Made by a program: the position numbers and the translations under genes
In this document: positions 18,801 through 30,800 of the stretch, piece after piece
Layout of the letters: every line of letters begins with the position of its first letter
How positions within the stretch are numbered: the stretch's first letter is position 1
NCBI GenBank assembly: GCA_964640155.1
Contig: CAZXEQ010000001.1
Span: 111,256-143,255, forward strand
DNA: 32,000 bases
Direction of reading: 5' to 3'
Origin: an uncultured bacterium
GTDB lineage: Bacteria; Auribacterota; JACPWU01
The notes under the pieces: model-generated
What the model was told of the DNA's origin: nothing
Databases searched by the model: none
What the model saw: only the letters and a program-made list of their open reading frames with translations

Positions 18801-21800
18801 ATTTTCTATCAAGTAAGGGGTCGTCGGCGACAAAACTGTTTCAAGCTGTCGTGCTAACTCTAGATTGCGCTCCAAACCTTCTAAAATAACTGTCTTCCCT
18901 GCTCTTAAATTCTCAAGAACTTGTTTCGTTTTACTTTGAAAGTGCTGCCCCAATTCAATTTCAATAGAAGAAGTGATATCAGAAAGGTCTGTCGCCGACG
19001 TTACTGGATAAACAATCGCTTCAGGATAAGTTTGCACCAATTTATTTAAAACAAAAGCACGATCAAATCCATTAACAACAAAGGCTTTCGCATCGTTTAC
19101 TTCTTCCAATTTCTTTTTTTCTGGATAGCTCGACCTAGATTTACTCCAATCGATATTTGCAAATTTATGGTATACGTTTGGAATTGAAACACCTGGTCCC
19201 AACCGAATTTGAATTGGCCGTTTCGAATGCATGATTCGATGCCAAACCCAATCTGAAACATGGCTTGTCACCCATAAACAAATAGGATCTTCCCCCTCAT
19301 CCAAAATCCCTTTTTCTTGAACAATTTGCCCTATTTCAGAATTAATTTTGGTTCTTGAAAATAAAGCATCCTGCGTTACCGAATTTATACTCCAAACAGA
19401 TATGTTTTCAGGTATGTCATCATCAAATTTAATTTCTTTTCCTGAAACTCCTTTTTCATAAGAGCCCGAACGCTCAAAAAAACTAAAATGAGAAGGTATT
19501 TGATAAAAAGTTCCATTGAACTTAATTCCACCATCTTGAATAATTTGACGAAGTTTACGAACAAAATCTTCAGAATGTGGCATGCCTTTTAAAATCAAAG
19601 GTTTTCCAGTTTCAATGGCTTGAATCAATTTACCTTTATGAACTTCAAGAAGACCCTTCTCATTTAGACGAAAAGACCCTATTAAAGCTTCTTCAAAAAA
19701 TCGAGATTCATAAAGCTCCACTTCAATGCCATCCAGATCTTCGGGTGCTTTGTCAATACGAAGAACTTCTTCATATTCCCAATTCAAATCCACTTGATTA
19801 CGAAAACGTGAATAAATAGAAACATCAAACATTCTCATTTGTGAATTGGGCATGGCCCCTATAATACGCAAATTTGCAGGAACCTCTATTCTTCCCCATC
19901 GAGTTGTCAAATACCCCTGTGCATCAAAAAGAGAATTTAGTTGCAAAGCTGCCTGAGGTTGAGCATCTTGATAATCAATAAAAATAATTCCTTCCGAACG
20001 AATGGCATCAATTAAGGGGCCTTCAAGCGTTCCATAAGATCCATCTTCTCTTACAACAATGGATGTAAGGAGATTATTAAATTCTTCTAAATCTCTTAAA
20101 TTGATGCGAACATACTTTTTACCTGTTTTTATAGCATACGCTCTTAATCGCTGATCAACCGCATCAGCAGCATTTGAATCTTTCACAAAGGCAAGCGTAT
20201 TTTTTTCTTGTAAAAGAGCTTCCACTTCATCAGGAATATAGGCCTCATATTTCTGAGCCAAAACAGGATTAACTTTCCTAAACGCTTCAAGCAATAGACT
20301 TAACTCTTTATCGGTTGCGCCCACTTCTTGAGCTACTTGCTTGTTTGTCCTCAAGTCTAGTTTTTCTCTTCTCTGTTTTAACCGATTCATCTCAATACGA
20401 ATCAAAACATTTAATGCCTTGGGATTCTCTCTCGCCAAAGTTTCAAACAACTTTTTGTCTATATAAAGCGTATGAGTTCGACCACTTACAGCTTCTCCCT
20501 GTGCAAATTGAACATTTGACATGGTGACAAGACCTGTATTTTTAAATTCTTCCCGAAGAGATTCATCCAAAGTCTTAAAATCATCACCATTAATATAATC
20601 GGCAAGAGGTTGAACACCCATTTCACACAATTTTGAAACAGTGAGTAATTGTGTTGAAGGATTTGAAAGCGCTGGAACTTCTCTTTGAGAGTAAATCTTA
20701 GCTAAAGCCGGATCAATTTCTGCAATAGCATCTAATAATAAATCTAATTCTTCATCAGTCACTTTAGCATCTCTTGCCGCTTGAACACTTGTTCTTTCAT
20801 CTTGTCCATTTTTTCTACGATGAATCAATCGATTCATTTCTATTCGAATCAAAATACTTAAAGCCTTTTGATTTTTTTTAGCCAAATGATCAAAAAGTTT
20901 TCTTCCCATATAAAGAGATTCTATCTTCTCTTCACCCGCTTCCTTACCTCCTTTGCCAAAGTGAGCATAACTGGTTCCCCTGTGATCTCTAGCATTAAAC
21001 AATGCTCCTGCCAAAAGAACTAGTCGGACTCCTTTAAAAGCTTCTTTTATTTCATCATCTAAAGCTTCAAACTCTGCACTCGCCAAATAATTCGTCACCG
21101 TTTGGCTTAAGTTATTTCCATCATCACCAAAAGTTTGCAGAGACGCTGCATCACTCACAATAAAACTTACTGTACCTTGATTCATTTGTGCTTGTCGAGT
21201 GGGTTTAATTCCCAATCTTTTTAATTTGGCTGCCAGAGGAAATCCAACTGTAGTATTTGTAATTCCTCCGACACTAGCCACATGTCCAGAAGCATCAACA
21301 GAAAAACTTCCATATTTTTCTGCCTTTTCAATAAATCTTTGCCCCTCTTCAGAACTCATCTCAGGTGGAGCAGGAGCCTGTGGAGCTCGAAATACCCGTA
21401 CTGTCTGTTCATCATAATCTCCTTGTAAATAAGAAATTAGACGGCCACTTGGTAAGAGCATATGAGAATATTGCAGCCGTTCTCCACTGGGCATCTGATT
21501 AAGCCCTAATGGATTAATTGATTTAAGATGTTTCCCAGAAAAACTATAAAAGGCTTCAGAACCGGTAACACGCAGTGCCCCGTTCATATCTCCCATCAAT
21601 ACCAAAGTTTTTCTAGAATCTTGAGAAATCCGTCGTGCGACCTGATAATCAGGAGCCGGATGATTTTCTGGGACTTCATTCTCAGCAAAATCCCCTATAC
21701 GATCGTAATAGTTCGCACGTGATGGTGGCCAACGCATGAGAATAATGTCTGCAGTGTCAGCTTCTTGACCTGCTTCTTTTCCATCCTTAATATCTGAGGC

Positions 21801-24800
21801 CTCTACTCGAATACCATAGGGTTCTAACAATTGATTCAAACCTCGTGCATGAGCCCCATTGCCAGCTCCGACTTCTTTAATGATAGGATCCTTTCCATAA
21901 CGCTGCCTATATTCGAGTACCAGCTTTAGAATATAATTTGCGGTAGCCTTCAAAGACTCCTGACTATCTAAAGCATAAATTCTCTCTCCTATTCCAGTTT
22001 TACCTAAGAACTCATCTAAAGCCTCCCCGGGAATATCCATTAAAAACAAATGGTTAGATAACGTACGAAGCTCCCACAACGTGGGATAACGACCGAGTTC
22101 TCCTCTCAAAAACTTATTGAGAATCAAAACAGGATTAGTCTCACGGGAAAATCGCCTCAATTCAGGACCAAAAGAAAGGTTATCAAGCAAAGCATTTCCC
22201 ACTGCCTCAGCTGAAGACTGACTTAGATTTGACTGATATTTTCGAAAGAGTGGCAAGCTTTCGCGCAATCGTGGCGAAATTCCCAGAAGAGGATTATTTT
22301 CTTGGTCAAATAAAATCTCAGCATAAACTACAACCCTAAATACCTCCTCCAAGACTGTCTTATTTGCTTCCTCATCAAATCGTATTTTTTCCCAAAGCAA
22401 ATCCCGTAATTTCAGAGTTTCTTCTCTTAGTTCGGGATTACGTAATGCCGCACGAAATTGTGCCACTGAGAATTCTTCTCCCTTTTGGATACGTTCCAGA
22501 AAATCTTCTGCGGTCCTAGGAAGATTGCTTCTCCAATCTAATATTTCTCTCTGAGCATTCACTGGGTCTGTTCCAAGAGAGATAAGTTTCAGATACTCCC
22601 ACGCATCATCAGGATTACCTGTTTCAAGCGATATTGCTTCTGCAACTCCTGCAACATAAGCACCCAATAAATAGCTCCACTCAGGTTCAGGATACAAATG
22701 TCTATAAATCCGTTGTAGAAACGTCCCCCTTCTAATATATTCAGGGATGGAATAGAAAAGATCTCGCCTATGCTTACCTTTTACGCCTGCTTTTTCTGCA
22801 AGCATTTCCCATAGTTTTTCAGGATTATTCCGATTCTCTTTAAAAAGCCTCATTCCTTCATTAACCTGTATATACTCACTTCCAAGAGTCCTAACTTCTC
22901 TTAAAACAGAAATTGCTGTAGCGCCTGGAATATCCATCATATCGCCATCAGCTGAAATAACATGAACCATTTCATGTAATGCTGTTTGATAAAATTGTTT
23001 AGGGCCCGCTGTTGGAAAAATCCATAATCCTGGAACGGCTTCATTTACAAAACCAAACTCTCCAGTCCAAGCACGCCTTAAAGTCATAAGGATGGGAATA
23101 CCAATTTTAAAATGAAAGATGGTAAAAAATATTCCTAAAATAGGATTCAGAAAAAATACGGGGACAATAAAGCTCGCTAAAAGGACGAAAGAAAAAACAT
23201 CCTTCCACCAACCATAACTTTTATACCCCGTTTTAATTCCGGCAAGGATGAACCTGAGTGGTGTATAAATATTAAATCTGGAGATAAGGTTTTTTTCACG
23301 TTCTTTGCGTACATTTTCTGGACGATTTCGATAGATCAAACTTGCAAGAAATTTTGCATGTTCCTCAACTATTCTCTGCTGAGTAGGGGTAACTTGACCA
23401 GATGGAATATCCACCAACCACTTTTTAAAAAAAGTACTAATTAATGAGCTTTCTTCTCCAGAATTGGATGAAATTCTTGTTTTCTTCCCTAATACAATCT
23501 CATCTGTAAAACCATTATTTGCTTCTTCCCCAAAAATCTCGTCTTGCAATCCGTAAAGCAATTCACGCCCTGTACGGTTTTTGTCTGTTCTAGCCGCATT
23601 GTAGCGGATCAATGCAAATTCTGTTTCGTTGTGACGATCTTTGGGAAGTTGGGATTGGATGTATCGGATGAGTTTTTCAGGGTCTGTATATCGATTAATA
23701 TCAGGTAAATTTCTAATATCTTTCCCCACACCTCTTAAGTAAGTATGCGCGTTAACACCAGGAGGAAGTTCTTCAGGATGTAAATGATAATATCCTTCTC
23801 CTAGTTCATGAAAAAATGCGATGGGATTATCTAAAAGAGATTCTTTTAAATAAAGAACTTCACCACCCGAAAATCCATCCACATCAGAATCATCCGAAAG
23901 AACTTTTACAGGTTTACCAAGAACACTTTGTATATGAGCCTCAAAACCTGACGACAATGTACCAGAAACGAGGCCCAATTGCTCAAATGTTAATGGCTGC
24001 TCATCATCTAGCACCGTTGCACGAGGTTCTCTGTCATCTTCAGTGTAAAGAGGTCCTTCAGTAGATTTAAAAGTAACAATACCATCCTTCCCTGTTGCCG
24101 TAATCGCACCTGTCGCCACCCGCCTTCCTCCGGGATGAGAAGCTGGATCCAAATATAATTTTCCAATGAGTCCCCCTCTTTCTCCTTCATTAGAAGGATT
24201 CTGCCCTTTTGGAAGGGGATTTTGACCAATTTGATTTATCTCATCTGGAGGTATTTCAATATCTAACAAATCCAACTTAAAATTATAATTTTTGGACTCA
24301 TCTCGGAATAAGTTTTTAGTCCAATTATTCTCTTCTGCCTCCAATAATTTTTTTTCAACCCATTTTTTGAAGACCGGTAAAAATTCCATCAAATTCACAA
24401 CAACAGTCATCATAAACACAAAAATTCTTCCGAAAAAATAATTTTTTAGCATCCATTTCCCAATCCAAGCATACCTTACAGCAAGTTTTAGAGCTAAAAC
24501 TTGTAAGAGGGACATTTCTCGAATTAAATTTAATTCTTTTAAATCTAATTCTTTTATTTCAAAAAAATTATTATTCTCTCCCTCTCCTTGAAAATATTTA
24601 TTCCAATCATAGCTTTTTCTTCTCATTTCCCTTTCAGGAGCTATAAGTCTATTTATATCTGTAGACGAAAGAGAATTTAAAAGACCATCAAGAGTAACAA
24701 CATCTAAAACTTCTGCAGGACCTGGTATTTCTTCAGTTCCAAATCTCTTTGACCAATTTATAACAAACTCTTGACTGCTCTCAGGGATATCCACTCGTCG

Positions 24801-27800
24801 TGCAATGGCTAATCCAGCAAGAAGATATTTATGAAATTCTTCTGGAAAATATCCGCAAGCAACTTCATCTGTTGCTCCTACCCTCACTAAATCGAACGCC
24901 AGTCGGACCGTCAAATGACTAGACTCCGTTAAGTGCTCTATCAATTTTTCATCCCAACCTGCATGAGCACTATGAAGTTCATGAACCACACCTAATCCCA
25001 TCTTATAAAATTGATACGCCATGACATCATTTTTACGTTTGCGTTCCTCCACAGATAAACCCGCTGATTCATTTTCAATAACCAAAAATCTTTTTAAAGC
25101 TAATGCTTTCCCCACTAAATCTTGCCCATACACTACATCTACATAATGAAGAATTTGTTTCATCGAAGGTTTATCGCCTGCCAAAACTGGAATTCCTAAA
25201 GAAGCCAAAGGCATGCGATCAAATTCTGTAGAAGCACTTTCAAGCAAAGCAAAAGTAGGCCATAAATTTTCCTGAAGTCGATGAACATCTAACCGTCCAT
25301 CAACATTCAACAGCCCACTGATAATCTTAACTTCAATGGTTGGGTAACGAGAAGATAAGTTGATCATAACATCATGCCCACGTGCGTCTTCAGCTGTTTG
25401 GACCATTCCTTCATGAGCAGGCCTTACAAATCCTCCTCGAGGGGCTCGATAGCCATATCCCATCAAAGCCCTCCACATGGCTTCAAAAACTTTAACCACA
25501 CGTGCAAACCTTTTTTTATCAAATTTTCTGTCATCAAATTTATCACCCAGCTCTGTAAGAGATTTCCGTCCCACATGCATATGCACACTATGAAGTCCTC
25601 CAGGCAATATCTCTTGCAACTCTGTTAATCCTTGTTTGAGCCCGGCCCAATCCCTATTCGTATTCTCATGATATTCTCCTGCTGGATTCGCTGATTTTAT
25701 TTCGATCACATTCGCTGAATTTTCTACTAATCTCCATCCAGAAGGTAATACAGATTGAACTCTTTCTAAAACACGAGCCCTTGCCTTTTCCCATTTTCCT
25801 GCTGGAAGTTTTTTGTTTTCCTCCCATAAAAATAATTCATCTGGGGTCAGAGCAAGAGAAGTAAGATCATCATCTGTAATTTGATCCGTAACTAAAAATT
25901 CTAGTTCTAAAGAAAAGGTGGTGTCACTTGCAAAGGGAAGTCGACCTTGAACATTAAACTCCGCTACTCTAAGAGCTTCAAAAAGTTCTTCACGTTCAGC
26001 TTCAGATAGAGTCGAAACATTTTCTAGTAGTTTTCGGACTCTTTCACGTAACGCTGGCGGGCTACGCCCTCGAAGAACCTCTCTAAGAACATAATCTGGA
26101 ATTTTTGCTTGTTGTTCATATAATCCCAAACCTGCGAAAGCCAATCTTAAATCTTGACCTCCAAAATCTTGATGCAATCTATCACCCATCAATAATGAAG
26201 AATAAAAATCCGACGCCGGGCGTAAAACATCTAGGGGGATCTGCAGGGTTGTTTGTGTTACGGGTCTAGTGCGTTCACATTCTCTTAACTGAGTACTAAA
26301 CGCATTATTAGCTTCTTCCCCAAAAAAATCATCCTGTAAACCATGGAGCAATGCTCGACCTATCCGATTTTTTTTCGCATTCAGTCTTATAAGGGCAAAC
26401 TCGGCAAGATTAATTCTTTCTTCTCGACCTTCTGCTCTAAATGTTCTCTCAACTAAATCAATAAATCCAATTGCATTCCCACTTTCAAGTAGAGTAGCTC
26501 CTTCATCTGTTGAAGCAATCTCTCTTACATCTTTTCCAACACCTCTTAAGTGAGTATGTGCATTTAATGCCATTGTTTGTGAATCGTCTCGACCCGGGAG
26601 TTGATCAGGATGCTGTACAAAATATCCCTCACCCCATTCATGAAGGAGAGCCATTGGATTTTTAATTAAGGATTCTTTTAAATACAGAACATTTCCATCT
26701 GAAAAGCCATCCACATCAGAATCTTCTGAAAGAACTTTGATGGATTGACCCAGCATACTTCGTAAAGTTTCAAAACCTGGTGTCAATGTTCTGGATACGA
26801 CTCCTGAGTTGTCATCCTCGAATGTATCTATCGGGGATCCATCGATTTCCGGAATGACATCTAAAAATGTCAATAGCTGCTCATCACGCAATACTTTTGC
26901 CTGAGCTGGTTCTTTCTTTTTATTATAAAGAGGTCTTTTAGTTTCCCCATCACTGGTCGTAAAGCTCACAAATCCATTCACATCTTCCGTTGCCGTAATG
27001 GGCCCTATTGCCACTTGCTTACCATCTTTATCCAAAAATAATTTTCCAATAAGACCTACAAAGCTGGCTTCCTCTAAAGGCTGAGAAACACCTGAAGATG
27101 TTGATATCAGATTTTGAGATTGCTTCATATATTCTCTGATCGGAATCATTCCTTGCCCCGTTTTCACAAAAATAAAATCAGGGGGGATATCTCTAATAGG
27201 GAGAGGAAAACCATCCGTTCCAAATTCCTCTTCAAGATTGACTTCAAGCTCTCCTAAACTTTCTGGAGAAATATTCTCTTTAGCCCAACTTTTGGGAATA
27301 CGCAGCACTAAAATAATAGGAATACGACTCGATTGAGCATTAACCTCAGTAACCTTATCATGAGGACCATTTTTAACAACATGATCATGAGCCAATTGTG
27401 GATCTGGCGTTCCATAAATAGCCATAATTGGATTCCCAGGTTCGTAAAAAGCTGTCATTCCTTCATGTGCAATAGCTTCCATGTTCTCTGGCACTGTACC
27501 ATGATAAACAACATAATTATTTACGTAATCTTCTTGCGGATTTTGCTCTCGCAAAGCTGCAGACCTGACACGACCTTGAGCTCTTATAATCAATTTTTCT
27601 GCTTTATGAATGGATTCTATTTCCGATGGGAATTCTTTTCTCATGACTTCAATAAATGCCTGGCATCTCTCGATACATCCCTGATATTGACCTCCCTTAA
27701 ATAATGCGTTAGCTCCATCCATTATTTGAAGTAACTGTCTTAATCTCTCTTGAATTCTTGCATTTTCAGATGCAGCAGCTCTTTGTCGCTGAGCTTCTCT

Positions 27801-30800
27801 TTCAGTAGCCGTTGCTTTCATTTGAATTCCTAACGAATTATTCTTTTCTTCTCCAAAGATACGATCCTGCAATCCATAAAGCAAGGCTTGCCCCGTTCGA
27901 CCTCGTAACGCATTCCATTGAATTAATGCAAGTTCTGCTTCATTATGACGATTTGACGGAAGTTGTGACTTAATGTATCGGATAAGATCTTCAGCTCTAA
28001 TATATTGATCCATAGGAATAGGAAGTAGTGATAAAATATATTCCAGGTAAGATTTAACTCTCGTATATTGATCTATATTCGGCAGATTTCTTACATCTTT
28101 TCCCACCCCTCTTAAATAAGTATGAGCTGTCACACCTTCGGGAAGTTCTTTGGGGTGTAAATAAAAATATCCTTCGCATACTTCATGAAACAACGCTATA
28201 GGATTCTCTAAAAGTTCTCTCCTTAAATAAAGAACCTTGCCATCCGAAAATCCTTTTACAGCTGAATGCTCTGGGAGAATTTTTACTTGGTTACTCGAAA
28301 GAAAATTACGAAAGTAAATTCTTAACGGAGAGCCTTCTTGAATTTCTCGATCAAAATTTGCTCGAGTTTGTGGATCTAATCCTCTAAGCCATTCATCAAA
28401 TGAAAAAGTTTTTGTTCCTTCTTCTAATCGAAGGTCTCTTGTTTTTTCAGCTTTTGCATAAAGAGGCTTTCCATTCGTCGTCGTAAAACTGACCACCCCA
28501 TTTGATTCTGTGGCTATAACATCTCCCGTTACCACCTCTTGAAAATCCGGATCCAAATACAATTTTCCGGTGAGACCGCCTGTAGATGGTCTAAGAGGTT
28601 TTAATCCTGATACTTTCGAGTTCAAAAGCTCAACCAGTTTATTATAATATTCTAAAACAGCTTGAGCTGTACGACCATGGCGCTGGATAGACTCCTTCAT
28701 CAAAAGAATAAACGGATCAAAATCATCTCGATTATCATGCAAAAGTCGATCCTCTTCATATTTAATCGCGTACTCCCATGACTCGAATGACTCTGCTGTT
28801 GAAATAGCATCTTCTATTTCACCCTCTTCTATAAATGCTCTTAGTTCATTAAAAAATGTTTTGATCTCTGATTCGTTTAGAACTTGACAGGATTGAATTT
28901 GCTTTTCTGCAAAAACTCTCTTCCTTTCTAAAACATCTTTTTCACTAGGAGTTTTCGAAAAATCAATTCCATTGGCCTTGTCTAAAACAAATCCTGCCAA
29001 ATTTTCACCCAAATCACATTGTCGTCTGACTTGGCTTGAAAACAAGTTAAACACTCGTGAAAATTCTCCATCCAAATCTAAAAAACACTTCCTCCATAAT
29101 TCAGTATCTGTCATAAACTCATCTAGATTCATTCTAGACACCCCACCCCACAAAGGACGATCAGAAATAGAATTAGCCTTATCTAACGCTTCTCGAAAAA
29201 GAGGGTTTATACTTGTAATAGTTGGATTTTTTCCTCCATTACGCTTTGGCGTCAAACTAAAAGGATCTTCTGATAAAAAATAATAATTATCATGAAAAAA
29301 CATTTTTCCTGCTGCAATTGCTTGACATAAAGAAACATCTCCTGTTACCAAATTGGGAAATCCCCGTAAACCCTTATCAAAATCTAACCTACCCGTATAT
29401 AATAGAAGAGAAATAAAAAGTTCAGGATCCAGAAAATCCAAGGTAATGACTCTAATCTTTTTATCTCTAATACGAATTTCTTCATAACCCAAAGCATCCT
29501 TTTCGAGTTTTTCTTCAACCATAACCCCTGGCATTCTAAATACTGTCACTCCTTCTTCAGGGAAAGATCTAGGATCTTTTTCCATCGCTTCCTTTAAGGA
29601 GTCCATATAACGCTCAAAAGCTTCCGGCCTTTGATAATAAGCGAAGCCCCATGCGCTTTGAGTCGTACTGTTTAAGCTGCTACTCATTTCTGATAATACA
29701 GCTTTATCTGTTTTATTTTTCGAATCTACTATCTGCCTCAAAACTTCTACACGTGACTGAATAATTTCTTCTTTTTTTGTTTCTTGAATTACGTCATTTC
29801 GCCTTACAATCTCTGGATCAATCAAAACACTTCCTTTTTGAAATTTTGCAGGGACTTCGCCTTTATTTCTGGAGACTGCAAAACCTGTTGGAATCATATA
29901 AAAATCGGCATCGGAAAAAGGATCTCGATCTTCATAAAAATCATTGGTTCTAGCTCCCAAAACAGGAATGATCACTTTTATTCTAGAACCATCTTCATGA
30001 TAGCGAGTATGAGTTATTTCATGCCTTAAACCTCCTTTAACGAACTCCAGATTGTCTAGTCCAAAAAAGAATGAAACATCTGCCTTTTCAATATCATCAG
30101 TTTCTGAATAAATCAGATTCACATTTGGAAGAGTTCGTAACAAAACAACGGCTCTTCTAAAAAAATCAAGATCTGGATCAGGTTGGCGGCTATCGATTAA
30201 AACATTCTTACGTAAAATGACATTGAATTTCTTATCCTGAAATCCTTCTTGATTCATTAAACTTTTAACAAAGGTGTATAATCCTCCAATATTTCCAAAT
30301 CCTCCTCCTTTATTCCATAAATACACATTGATTACTTGAAAATCTTTTTCAGTTCCTGCTTTTACATTTTCTTGATTTGGAGTTTGAGATTTCAACTCAC
30401 GAACCAACTCTTGAAATTTAGATCTTTCTTGTACGTAGGCGTATAAAAAATGAGAAAAATTATTATTTCCAAATACCGTCTCAACTATTTGAATCGCATG
30501 TCGAGATCGATCTGTCCAGTCGCCAGATAAATGAGCCAGTAAACTTGAGAAAAGATAATATTGAACTTTCAAGACAGGGGAATTCGAATTTTTTTCATTA
30601 AAAAAAATGAATAAATTTTGAGGCAGATCATACGCTGCACCTAAAAAATAATCATTTTCATGCCATACTTTAGCCTCACACTTTGTAAATTTTGCTTTGC
30701 ATCGAATAGAATCACAAATATCTTCAATGGCCTCCGAAAATGCTTTTTGATCTGCATCACTTAACAAAGTCATTCTTTCCTTAAAAAGGAGATAAAATTG

